DNA of 64,000 bases. Origin: an uncultured Chloroflexia bacterium. GTDB lineage: Bacteria > Chloroflexota > Limnocylindria > Limnocylindrales > CSP1-4. Location of the stretch: the NCBI GenBank assembly GCA_963814115.1, contig CAWFBS010000008.1:430155-494154 (forward strand), written 5' to 3'. The notes under the pieces were generated by a model. It was not told the DNA's origin. It made no database searches and saw nothing but the letters and a program-made list of their open reading frames with translations. The translations under genes were made by a program, and so were the position numbers. Below are positions 8,948 through 17,756 of this stretch, piece after piece (within the stretch, counting starts at the first letter, position 1; the number at the start of each line of letters is the position of its first letter).

Positions 8948-10627
8948 TCACCAGGCAGCCGGCAGCCCGAGCGACCTCGGGTCGGTGGCGGCCGCCAGGG
9001 TCCCGCCGCGGGCCGGTCCCCCTTCGACCAGCTCGATCGCGTGGGCGTGTCCCAGCGCGCCGTCGAATGGCGCCCGCACGTCGAGATGGTGGCCCAGGGC
9101 GGCGAGTCGGTCCAGGAGGCCGGCGCGGAATCGCGCCTCGATGACGACCGTTTGCGGTGGGGCGAAGTGCCGGGCAGCGGCGGCATGCCAGCGCGGCGCG
9201 CCGACCGCGATCGCGACATCCACGCCGCCGTCGACCAGCGCCGAGACGACCTGGGCGAAGATCGCCGGTTGCGCGTCGCCGCCCATCGACCCGTGCACAA
9301 CCCACGGCCGGCCGTCGCGGAAGAGCATTCCGGGCATCAGCGTGTGGAGCGTTCGCTTCCCGGGAGCCAGCACGTTCGGGTGGGCCGGGTCCAGGCTGAA
9401 GTAGCTGCCCCGGTTCTGGTAGGCGATGCCCGTCGACGGCTCCACGATGCCCGACCCAAAGCCCGCGTAGTTCGATTCGATCAAGCTGACCGCATTCCCG
9501 CGGTGATCCACGACCGCGAGATAGACCGTCCCTCCGCCCGGCGGGTTCGTGGTTGGCACCGGCCTGGCGGCCCTCCCGGGATCGATCGCCGCGGCGAGCT
9601 CCGCGCCGTAGGCGGCGTCCAGCAGTTGTCCGACGGGGACGGTCCCGAACGTCGGGTCGGTCAGGAACGCGTCGCGGTCCGCCAGCGCGCGCTTGGTGGC
9701 CTCGATCCCGGCGTGGACCCAGCGCACGCCCGGCCCTGCGCTGCGGCCGCCGTCTCCCGGAATGAACTCGGCTGGGGCAGGCGCCGGCAGCGCCCGAAGG
9801 ATGTTGAGCACCTCGAGGCCGGTCACGCCCGAGCTGTTGGGCGGATGCGTGGTGGCCGTGGTGCCGCGATAGTCCAGGGTGAGCGGCGCCTCCCAGGTCG
9901 ACGCATGGCTCGCGAGGTCCCCGGCCGTGCACATCGAGCCAATCGCTGCGAGGCCGGCGGCCTGGCGGGCCGCGATCTCACCGGTGTAGAAGTCGTCCAG
10001 CCCGGAGGTCGCGAGCCGCTCCAGGGTCGCCCCAAGGGCGGGAAGTCGGACGCGCTCTCCGAGGCCCCACGGCCGCCCATGGGGCCGGTAGGTGGCGTGC
10101 CAGCCAGCCGCCAGCGGCCCGAGCGCTGCGTCGAAGACCGGGCCCGATCCCTCGACCGCCCGCACGAAGTGCTCGTCGGCCGGGAAGCCACCCCGGGCCA
10201 TCTCGATCGCGGGGGCCAGCAGCGTCGCGATCGGCAGCTCCCCCCAGCGCGCATGCGCGTCTGCCCAGGACCGGACCGCGCCGGGGACCGTGATCGTGAG
10301 CGGCCCGCGGAGGGGCAGCGTCGCCAGCCCGCGGGCCCGGAGGGCCTCCGCGTCCGTGCTCGCCGGGGCGCGTCCCGACCCGTTGAGCGCCGTCTGGGTC
10401 CCGGAGGCCTCGTCCCAGACCAGCCAGAACGCGTCCCCCCCGAGGCCGCACGCCTCACCCATCACGACCGCCAGGACCGCGTTCGTCGCGATCGCCGCGT
10501 CGACCGCGCTGCCGCCCTGCCTGAGGATGCCAAGACCAGCCGTGGACGCAAGGTGATGCGGTGCGACCACGGCGCCGGCGCCACCCCGGGCGAGCGGCAT
10601 CGGGGCAAGCGGTCGGACGGCGTCCAT
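8948..10627 (-). CDS. ggt: Gamma-glutamyltranspeptidase
   Basis: GGT family motifs (THPPNSSG..., GGTVYLAVVD, GSMGGD). ATG at 10627. No obvious signal peptide. Confidence 0.85.
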   Translation of the reverse strand: MDAVRPLAPMPLARGGAGAVVAPHHLASTAGLGILRQGGSAVDAAIATNAVLAVVMGEACGLGGDAFWLVWDEASGTQTALNGSGRAPASTDAEALRARGLATLPLRGPLTITVPGAVRSWADAHARWGELPIATLLAPAIEMARGGFPADEHFVRAVEGSGPVFDAALGPLAAGWHATYRPHGRPWGLGERVRLPALGATLERLATSGLDDFYTGEIAARQAAGLAAIGSMCTAGDLASHASTWEAPLTLDYRGTTATTHPPNSSGVTGLEVLNILRALPAPAPAEFIPGDGGRSAGPGVRWVHAGIEATKRALADRDAFLTDPTFGTVPVGQLLDAAYGAELAAAIDPGRAARPVPTTNPPGGGTVYLAVVDHRGNAVSLIESNYAGFGSGIVEPSTGIAYQNRGSYFSLDPAHPNVLAPGKRTLHTLMPGMLFRDGRPWVVHGSMGGDAQPAIFAQVVSALVDGGVDVAIAVGAPRWHAAAARHFAPPQTVVIEARFRAGLLDRLAALGHHLDVRAPFDGALGHAHAIELVEGGPARGGTLAAATDPRSLGLPAAW

Positions 10628-11987
10628 GAGCGGAATTCTAGGGGTCACCGGCCTGGATCTTGGGCCGCCGGACACGGCGGTTGCCGGGTACCCTGCATCC
10701 GTGGCACGTTCCATCTGGTCCGTCATCGTGGGGACGCTCACCCTTCGGTTCAGCACGGGCCTGACCGGTGCCATGCTGGTCTACTACCTGGCCGAGCTTC
10801 ACCGGCATGGCGGACCGCACGTGTCGTCGATCACGGTGGCGGTGTTCACCGCCGCCTTCTTCGCCGCCGAGCTGGTCCTTTCGCCCCTGTTCGGTTCGCT
10901 CGCGGATCGCTTCGGCTACCACCGGATCATGCAGTTCGGCCCCGTCTTCGGCGCGACCGCGGTCATCCTGACCGGGCTCACCACGAACCTCTGGATGCTG
11001 GGCGCGACGCGGTGGCTGGAGGGCGCCTCGAGCGCGGCCAGCGTGCCCTCCATCCTGGGCTTCATCGCGATTGCCACGCTGGCCGACGAGGGCCTGCGTG
11101 GGAAGGCGGTTGCGCGCTTCGAAGCCGCGACGCTCGCCGGCCTTGGCGTGGGCATCGTCGCGGCGGGGCCGCTCTGGACGCTCCTCCATCGTGACGCGTT
11201 CTTCGTGAACGCGGTCGTCTACGGGATCTCGTGGGCGATCTACCGGTTCGGCGTCGCCGACCCCCGGGCCGCGCACGGCGGCCACGAACACGAGCAGCGA
11301 ACAAGCCTGGCCCGCTACTTGCAGATCCTCTCGGGATCCCACGTCTGGCTGCTGGCGCCCACCTGGATCGCGGTCAACGCTGCGATCGGCCTGTGGACGT
11401 CCCAGTCCATCTTCCAGTTCGTGTCGGGCCCCGACCCGCGCTTCGCCAACCAGCGCCTGATGGCCGGCGCGTCGCCGCTGCTCGTGAGCGCGGGCCTGGC
11501 CGTCGGGATGGTCGTCTTCTTCGCCGGCCTCGTCTACTGGGGCAACCGGTTCAAGAAGATGCGCCGAACCACCATCATCCTGTACGGCCTGTGCGGCGGC
11601 GCCGCGCTGGTGGCGGCGGCCGTCGCCATCAACCACGGCGGCGACCTGCCCCTGATCGTGACGCTCGTCCTCCTCGTGCCCGTGGTCGGCGGCCTGTTCG
11701 TGCTCGCCGGATCGACGCCGGCGGCCCTCGGCCTGCTCGCGGACATGTCGGAGCCGTATCCGCGCGACCGGGGCGCGATCATGGGCCTGTACTCGGTGTT
11801 CCTTGGCGTCGGCCAGATTGCCGGCAGCCTGGTGGGCGGGGCTGCCGCCGAGAGGAGCGGCATCGACGGGCTGCTCCTGGCCACGCTGGTCATGCTCGCG
11901 ATCGCGGTGGTGCCCCTCTGGTGGCTCCGCGGCGTGGAGCACCATCTCGACTCCGTCGTTCGGCCCGGCTCCGCCGCGCCGGGCTGA
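10626..11987 (+). CDS. MFS transporter
   Basis: 12-TM protein with MFS motifs (GSLADRFGYHR). Its ATG shares the CATG tetranucleotide with the divergent ggt ATG, so an alternative downstream GTG start is possible. Confidence 0.8.
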   Translation: MSGILGVTGLDLGPPDTAVAGYPASVARSIWSVIVGTLTLRFSTGLTGAMLVYYLAELHRHGGPHVSSITVAVFTAAFFAAELVLSPLFGSLADRFGYHRIMQFGPVFGATAVILTGLTTNLWMLGATRWLEGASSAASVPSILGFIAIATLADEGLRGKAVARFEAATLAGLGVGIVAAGPLWTLLHRDAFFVNAVVYGISWAIYRFGVADPRAAHGGHEHEQRTSLARYLQILSGSHVWLLAPTWIAVNAAIGLWTSQSIFQFVSGPDPRFANQRLMAGASPLLVSAGLAVGMVVFFAGLVYWGNRFKKMRRTTIILYGLCGGAALVAAAVAINHGGDLPLIVTLVLLVPVVGGLFVLAGSTPAALGLLADMSEPYPRDRGAIMGLYSVFLGVGQIAGSLVGGAAAERSGIDGLLLATLVMLAIAVVPLWWLRGVEHHLDSVVRPGSAAPG

Positions 11988-12082
11988 ACCCCGACCCGAC
12001 CGCCCGGGAGCCGAGATCCGGACGGTGGCGACCGGCGGTTGGATGCGCCCCGGCGGCCAGATGGGGCCCGTATGATGCCGAC

Positions 12083-12934
12083 ATGCCGTCCGTCGCCATT
12101 GTCACCGACTCGGCTTCCGACCTGCCGCCCGAGCTTGCCGCCGCCCACGGGATTCGCGTCGTTCCACTCCTCGTCCGGTTCGGGACCCAGGAGTTCCGGG
12201 CGGGCGTCGACCTCTCGGCAGCCGACTTCTGGACCCGCATGCTCGCTCCCGATGCCCCCTTTCCGACCACGGCCGCCCCACCGCCCGGTGCGTTCGCCGC
12301 GGTCTTCGCCCAGGCGCTCGCCGCCGGGGCGACGTCAATCGTCTGCGTGACGATCGGCAGCCGTCTGTCGGGCACGTTCGCCAGCGCCGAGCTCGGCGCA
12401 AAGGAACATCCCGGGCGTGACATCCACGTCGTGGACTCGACGTCGGCCTCGATGGGCGTGGGTCACCTGGCGATCCTGGGGGTCGAGCTCGCGGCCGCCG
12501 GCCGGCCGGGCGCCGACATCGCGGCCACGCTCCGCGATCGGGCCGCGGACCTGGACATCTTCGTGACCGTCGATACGCTCGAGTACCTCCGGAAGGGAGG
12601 CCGCCTCTCGCCGGCACGCGCCGCGATCGGGACGATGCTGTCGGTCAAGCCCATCATCACGGTCGCTGACGGTCTCGTGGAGACCGCGGACCGGGTCCGG
12701 ACCCGCGCCCGGGCCCGCGAGCGCGTGACGGAACTGCTCGCGGGGCGGCCCGTGGAGCGGATCGCGATCCTCCACACCGGTGCCGCCGACGTCGAGGAAT
12801 TCCTCCGGACGGTCGTCGGACGAATTCCGGGCGGCGTGGACCCAGCGTGCGTGAGCATCCAGACGATCGGCCCTTCCATCGGTCCACACGTGGGCCCCGG
12901 CGCTCTCGGCGGGGTGGTCCTGCTCCGGCGCTGA
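12083..12934 (+). CDS. DegV family fatty-acid-binding protein
   Basis: IVTDSASDLP N-terminus, GTF/S motif and DegV fold signatures over 283 aa. Confidence 0.85.
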   Translation: MPSVAIVTDSASDLPPELAAAHGIRVVPLLVRFGTQEFRAGVDLSAADFWTRMLAPDAPFPTTAAPPPGAFAAVFAQALAAGATSIVCVTIGSRLSGTFASAELGAKEHPGRDIHVVDSTSASMGVGHLAILGVELAAAGRPGADIAATLRDRAADLDIFVTVDTLEYLRKGGRLSPARAAIGTMLSVKPIITVADGLVETADRVRTRARARERVTELLAGRPVERIAILHTGAADVEEFLRTVVGRIPGGVDPACVSIQTIGPSIGPHVGPGALGGVVLLRR

Positions 12935-12943
12935 ACCGCTACG

Positions 12944-12985
12944 GTCGCGGCGAGCGGCGAGCGGCGAGCGGCGAGCGGCGACGGC
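12944..12985. repeat. Heptanucleotide tandem repeat (CGAGCGG) x4 perfect copies plus imperfect flanking copies
   Basis: Direct reading of 12951-12978. Intergenic, between degV and gdhA. Confidence 0.8.
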
Positions 12986-13311
12986 GCGCCGCGCCGCGAG
13001 CGCGCCCGGCGTCAGGAGCGACTCTGGACCAATGGTTGCAAGACGGGTACGGGCCGGGTTCGGTACCATTGCCGTCGGCGTCCGGGCCATTCCGCCCGGG
13101 GCCGGCATCCCCGTTCGGCACTCGTGGCCGGCAGTGAACGGCCGGATGATCGGCCAATAGAGCAGTCCGTTGGGAGGGCGGTCCCGCACCAGGCCCGCAT
13201 GGTCCCGACCGGCAGCCGTCCCGGAGGCGGCAGCGTGGCCGTCCCGGAGGGGCGGCGATCGCAAACGGTCGTCCCGCATTCCGGGCGATCGACCAGGAGG
13301 AATTCCGCTCC

Positions 13312-14577
13312 ATGACCACCGAGCAGGCCGCCGCAACGATCAACCCGTGGGCGGTCGCCCAGCAGCAGTTCGATCTCGCGGCCGAGCACCTGAAGCTTGA
13401 CCCGGGCGTCCGCGCGGTCCTGCGCGAGCCCCGCCGGGCGCTCACCGTGACGTTCCCCGTCAAGATGGATGACGGGACGATCCGCGTCTTCACCGGCTAC
13501 CGGGTCCAGCACAACCTGGGCCGCGGCCCGGCCAAGGGCGGGATCCGCTACCACCAGGCCGTCACGATCGACGAGGTCAAGGCCCTCGCGATGTGGATGA
13601 CCTGGAAGTGCGCGGTCGTCGGCATCCCGTACGGCGGCGGCAAGGGCGGCGTCATCGTCGATCCCAAGAAGCTCTCCATGAAGGAGCTCGAGGCGCTGAC
13701 GCGGCGGTTCACCACCGAGATCAGCGTGCTCATCGGGCCCGAGCGCGACATCCCGGCCCCGGACGTCAACACGACGCCCCAGATCATGGCCTGGATGATG
13801 GACACCTACTCGATGCACGCCGGGTACACGGTCCCGGGCGTCGTGACCGGCAAGCCGATCAGCCTCGGCGGGTCCGAGGGGCGCAACGAGGCGACGGCGC
13901 GCGGCTGTGTCTACACGATCGTGGACGCGGCGAAGCACCTCGGCATCGACCTCACGAAGACCACCACCGCGGTCCAGGGATTCGGCAACGCCGGGTCGAT
14001 CGCCGCGCGCCTCATGCGCGACGAGGGCTCCACCGTTGTCGCCGTCTCGGACACGCAGGGCGGGATCCACAACCCGGCCGGCCTCGACATCGAGAAGGTC
14101 GTCTCCTGGAAGCAGGAGCACGGCACGGTCGTCGGGTTCCCCGGCAGCACGAAGATCACGAACGGCGAGCTCCTCGAGCTCCCGGTTGACATCCTGATCC
14201 CGGCTGCCTACGAGAACCAGATCACGGTCCGCAACGCAGAGAACGTCAAGGCCAAGATCGTCGCCGAGGCCGCCAACGGCCCGACGACGCCGGAGGCCGA
14301 CAAGATCCTGGCCAAGAAGGGCGTCTTCATGATCCCGGACATCCTCGCCAACGCCGGCGGGGTGACCGTGAGCTACTTCGAGTGGGTCCAGGACCTGAAC
14401 CGGGACCACTGGAGCGAGAAGATCGTCAACGAGAAGCTCAAGGAGATCATGGATCGCTCCTTCGGCGAGGTGCTCGCGATGTCGCTCCTCGAGGAAGTGG
14501 ACATGCGGACGGCGGCCTACCTGGTCGCGGTCAAGCGCGTGGCCGATACCACAGCCCTTCGGGGCCTGTACCCGTAG
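13312..14577 (+). CDS. gdhA: Glutamate dehydrogenase (Glu/Leu/Phe/Val dehydrogenase family)
   Basis: 421 aa with the canonical K-G-G motifs (GPAKGGIRYH, GIPYGGGKGG) and NAD(P) Rossmann GFGNAG. AGGAGG SD 13 nt upstream of the ATG. Confidence 0.9.
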   Translation: MTTEQAAATINPWAVAQQQFDLAAEHLKLDPGVRAVLREPRRALTVTFPVKMDDGTIRVFTGYRVQHNLGRGPAKGGIRYHQAVTIDEVKALAMWMTWKCAVVGIPYGGGKGGVIVDPKKLSMKELEALTRRFTTEISVLIGPERDIPAPDVNTTPQIMAWMMDTYSMHAGYTVPGVVTGKPISLGGSEGRNEATARGCVYTIVDAAKHLGIDLTKTTTAVQGFGNAGSIAARLMRDEGSTVVAVSDTQGGIHNPAGLDIEKVVSWKQEHGTVVGFPGSTKITNGELLELPVDILIPAAYENQITVRNAENVKAKIVAEAANGPTTPEADKILAKKGVFMIPDILANAGGVTVSYFEWVQDLNRDHWSEKIVNEKLKEIMDRSFGEVLAMSLLEEVDMRTAAYLVAVKRVADTTALRGLYP

Positions 14578-14588
14578 GCTGCGCGGTT

Positions 14589-14683
14589 GTGACCGCCCTC
14601 CGCGGGGGAGCGGTCACGCCAACCTGACGCTGCATCCGGCTGCACCGCCCGTAGGCCCCGGCCATCCCGGCCGGGGCCTACGG
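14589..14683 (+). terminator. Two consecutive GC-rich hairpins downstream of gdhA (8-bp stem at 14589-14617; perfect 15-bp stem at 14649-14683)
   Basis: GTGACCGC...GCGGTCAC and CCGTAGGCCCCGGCC-atccc-GGCCGGGGCCTACGG read directly. A weak U-tract follows, so this is termination or RNA processing/stability rather than a proven terminator. Confidence 0.5.
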
Positions 14684-14713
14684 CGTTCCAGGAGCAGCCC
14701 GGGTCTGACCCCG

Positions 14714-15334
14714 GTGTACCATCCGGGAATGCTCGACCACGAAGAGAAGTTCCTGTTCAAGGAAGAGATCGGTCAGCTCGGGACCGCGATGGCGGACACG
14801 GCGGTCCTTGACAACGTGGAGGACCTCCTCACCGACGTCATCACGAGCCCCCGCTTCGATTCCGAGGTCTTCACGCTGGAGCGGTCGCTCCAGGTCATGC
14901 TTGGGGCGCGTGCCGGAAGCACCTTGGTCGGGCTCCTGACCGTGACGCCGGAGGTCTTCGACGAGGTCGCGGAAGTCCGGATCTCGCCCGAGGTGCACGA
15001 GCGCCTCGTGGCGTGGCGGGCGCGCTTCGGCCTCGCGATCGACAACGCCCTGAACTTCCTGAACAACCCGGATGGCATCCAGGGCCACTCGTTCGCCACC
15101 CAGATTGCCCACATCGAGGACCGGCGTGTCCTCCAGGGGCGCCTCACGCTGGTCCGCTACAACAACGAGCCCCAGTTTTTCGTCGCCGACGCGAGCGTGT
15201 TCCTGGGCCTCGTCAGTGACGTGCTCGAGCGGCTCGGCCCGTATCTCGAGCCGGACGCGGTCGACCCGGAGACGATCGCGCGTCTCAAGGAGGCGATCGC
15301 GCTCGTCGAGCGAAAGACGACGCCGCGCGGATGA
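14714..15334 (+). CDS. Hypothetical protein (206 aa)
   Basis: ORF with normal composition and no recognisable motif. Its stop overlaps the ATG of the next small ORF. Confidence 0.5.
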   Translation: MYHPGMLDHEEKFLFKEEIGQLGTAMADTAVLDNVEDLLTDVITSPRFDSEVFTLERSLQVMLGARAGSTLVGLLTVTPEVFDEVAEVRISPEVHERLVAWRARFGLAIDNALNFLNNPDGIQGHSFATQIAHIEDRRVLQGRLTLVRYNNEPQFFVADASVFLGLVSDVLERLGPYLEPDAVDPETIARLKEAIALVERKTTPRG

Positions 15335-15519
15335 GCCGGCGCGGTGGCCAGGCCGCCACCCGGCGCCGGCCGCGGCCGCGCCCGGCGCAACCGTCCGGGC
15401 TCAGTCGCGGCGCTGCGCGTCGAAACCGGCGCCTCGCGTTCGTCCTTCTCGCCGCGTTCGCGCTGATCGCCCTCGCCATCCTCGCGACTCCGTTCGCCGC
15501 GGCCCCCACCCACCCCTAG
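15331..15519 (+). CDS. Small membrane protein (62 aa, single TM helix)
   Basis: ATGA start/stop overlap with the upstream gene. Arg-rich N-terminus followed by one hydrophobic helix (LAFVLLAAFALIALAILATPFAAAP). Confidence 0.35.
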   Translation: MSRRGGQAATRRRPRPRPAQPSGLSRGAARRNRRLAFVLLAAFALIALAILATPFAAAPTHP

Positions 15520-15541
15520 CGCGGGCCGTCCCAGACACCCC

Positions 15542-16741
15542 GTGCGTCACCTCTACCTCGCCGCGACCGGCCAGAACCGCGGCAAGACCACTGCCTCGCT
15601 GGGGCTGGTCCACGCGTTCCTCGGGGCGGGGCTCCGGGCGGGCTTCACCAAGCCGGTGGGCCAGCGCACGGTGACCGACGCATCGGGGCTCCCGGCCGAC
15701 GAGGATGCCGTGCTCATGAAGGCCGTCTTCGGTCTCTCCGAGCCGAACGATGTGATGAGCCCGGTGCACATCCCGCGGGGCTTCACGAAGGCCTACATCG
15801 CCGGCGAGGTGACCGATGACCTCGGTGCTCGGATCCAGCGGGCGCACGCGATCCTGGCGGAGACCAAGGAGCTTGTCCTGATCGAAGGGACCGGGCATGC
15901 CGGCGTCGGCGCGGTGATCGGGCTGTCGAACGCGGTGGTCGCCAGCCTGCTCGGAGCCCCGGCGGTGATCGTCAGCGAGGGTGGTGTCGGGCGACCCATC
16001 GACGAGATCGTCCTCAACGCCGCCCTGTTCGAGAAGCACGGTGTCGCCGTGGCGGGCGCCATCGTTAACAAGGTCGACCTCGACGCGCAGCCCGGCATCC
16101 AGGCGGTGCTGGAGCGCGGCCTGGCCCGCCACGGCATCGCCCTGCTCGGCGTCATCCCGTATCGGCCGCTGCTCTCGAACCCGAGCCTGGCAATGATTCT
16201 CGAGGGGACGCAGGCTGAACTGCTCAACCGCGGACCGGACCTCGACGCGGTGATCGGCGGCATCAGCGTGGCCGCGATGGAACCCCACCATGTCCTGCAG
16301 CACGTGGTCGGTCGCCGGATCGTGATCGTCACGGGCGATCGCGAGGACGTGATCGTGGCGCTGTCCCGTGCCCACCGGGCGGAGATGCGCCGTCCCGCCG
16401 TGATCCGCGGCGAGGTCGTCCCATCCATGCTCGGCTTCGTCCTCTCTGGCTATCGCCCTCGGCCGGTGGTGGTGGACGAGATCCGCCGGGCAGACCTCTT
16501 CGCCTGTTTCCTTGACGAGGACGCCTACATGGTGGCGTCCGACGTGCATGACCTGCTGGTGAAGACGCATCCGGCCGACCGCGAGAAGATCGCCACGATC
16601 AAGGCGATCGTCGGCGAGGCGCTCGACGTGGGCCGCTTCCTCGATGCGGCAACGGAGGCGCGCATCCCTGCCCCGGTCAAGCCCCCGCGACCGGCGGCAG
16701 CCCGGCGGGGAGGGGCGAGCCGCGGCGGAAGCGCCGGATGA
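15542..16741 (+). CDS. AAA (CobQ/BioD-like P-loop) + DRTGG domain protein, similar to the phosphotransacetylase N-terminal regulatory domain; no PTA catalytic domain
   Basis: N-terminal P-loop LYLAATGQNRGKTT, then IVTGDREDV (DRTGG-type motif). 399 aa. Resembles the Pta N-terminal half. Confidence 0.65.
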   Translation: MRHLYLAATGQNRGKTTASLGLVHAFLGAGLRAGFTKPVGQRTVTDASGLPADEDAVLMKAVFGLSEPNDVMSPVHIPRGFTKAYIAGEVTDDLGARIQRAHAILAETKELVLIEGTGHAGVGAVIGLSNAVVASLLGAPAVIVSEGGVGRPIDEIVLNAALFEKHGVAVAGAIVNKVDLDAQPGIQAVLERGLARHGIALLGVIPYRPLLSNPSLAMILEGTQAELLNRGPDLDAVIGGISVAAMEPHHVLQHVVGRRIVIVTGDREDVIVALSRAHRAEMRRPAVIRGEVVPSMLGFVLSGYRPRPVVVDEIRRADLFACFLDEDAYMVASDVHDLLVKTHPADREKIATIKAIVGEALDVGRFLDAATEARIPAPVKPPRPAAARRGGASRGGSAG

Positions 16742-17672
16742 GAAGGAACCCGATCAGCCCCAGCACCCCGACGACCAGGAAGACCGGAAGGCCCACGATC
16801 AAGAGCCAGATTCCGAAGCCGGCAAGCCCCTGACCGAGCCCGACGAGCGTCGCGGCCGCCTGGTCAACCTCGCGGCCGGGATCCCATCCCTCGCGCACCT
16901 GGGTGACGGCGACAGCCGGGGGCGGCGCGAAGGTGACCGTGAGCGTGGCCAGCGCGGCCTGGTTCTCGAGGGTCTGCTGCTGGGCCGTCAGCTCCTCGAT
17001 CTGCTGGCGCACGCTGGTCAGCTGCTCCTGCACCGCCAAAACGTCCGCGATCTTCATGGCCCGGTCCATGATTCCCTGGAGCGCCGTCTCCGTGACCCGG
17101 AGGTTGGCGAGGCGTGCCCCCAGGTCCACGACCTGCGCGGTGACCTCCTGGCTCGACGTCTGCTCGCCGAGGACCTTCGTCCCGATTGCCCGCAGCGCGT
17201 CCAGCGCGTCGGTCCAGCGGGCCGCCGGGACCCGGAAGGTGACGCTCGCAGTCGCCCGATCGCCGTCGCCGCTCCGCTGTGATCCGGCGACGTACCCGCC
17301 CACGGTGGCGACCGCGCGCTCCGCGTCGCCGATCGCGCCGTCCAGGTTCGCAACCTGGAGGTCGAGCTCGCCGGTCCGGACGATCAGCGGGCCGCCAACG
17401 TCGGGGAAAGTCGTCCCGTCCGTCGCGGCGGACCCGCTCGCACCCGCGGCGTTCTGAAGCGAGCCGAAGGCGGAATCGCGGTTGGCCGGCGCCGGGGCGG
17501 CTGTCGACGCCGGGACGGCGCCAACCCCTGGGACGCCTTCGGCGCTGGTGGGGCTGCTCGTCGCGCTGCTGCAGCCGGCCAGCAGGATCAAGCTTGTGGC
17601 AAGGAGGCTACCCAACGCGAACCGGAGCCCGGGGTGCGACCCCCCGCCGACGTGGATGCTCTCGCTCTTCAT
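16677..17672 (-). CDS. DUF4349-like lipoprotein with C-terminal TM anchor
   Basis: Signal peptide plus lipobox LLAGCSS. Coiled-coil-like middle region. C-terminal hydrophobic helix plus RRFRR. The 3' end overlaps the convergent DRTGG gene by about 65 nt. Confidence 0.55.
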   Translation of the reverse strand: MKSESIHVGGGSHPGLRFALGSLLATSLILLAGCSSATSSPTSAEGVPGVGAVPASTAAPAPANRDSAFGSLQNAAGASGSAATDGTTFPDVGGPLIVRTGELDLQVANLDGAIGDAERAVATVGGYVAGSQRSGDGDRATASVTFRVPAARWTDALDALRAIGTKVLGEQTSSQEVTAQVVDLGARLANLRVTETALQGIMDRAMKIADVLAVQEQLTSVRQQIEELTAQQQTLENQAALATLTVTFAPPPAVAVTQVREGWDPGREVDQAAATLVGLGQGLAGFGIWLLIVGLPVFLVVGVLGLIGFLLIRRFRRGSPLPAGLPPVAGA

Positions 17673-17756
17673 GGCGTCACCTGTTTCCTCGCCGGCGGCG
17701 CATGGCCGCGTCGCCTGCCACGGGGACGCCGCGGGATGGATCGTGGTTCCGGCCGG

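Noticed and set aside
10638-11945. 435-aa minus-strand ORF antisense to the MFS transporter
   Set aside because: Antisense shadow ORF. His/Arg/Asp-rich composition inconsistent with a real protein, whereas the plus-strand gene has clear TM architecture.
13012-14409. 465-aa minus-strand ORF antisense to gdhA
   Set aside because: gdhA on the plus strand is unambiguous, so this is a GC-skew artefact.
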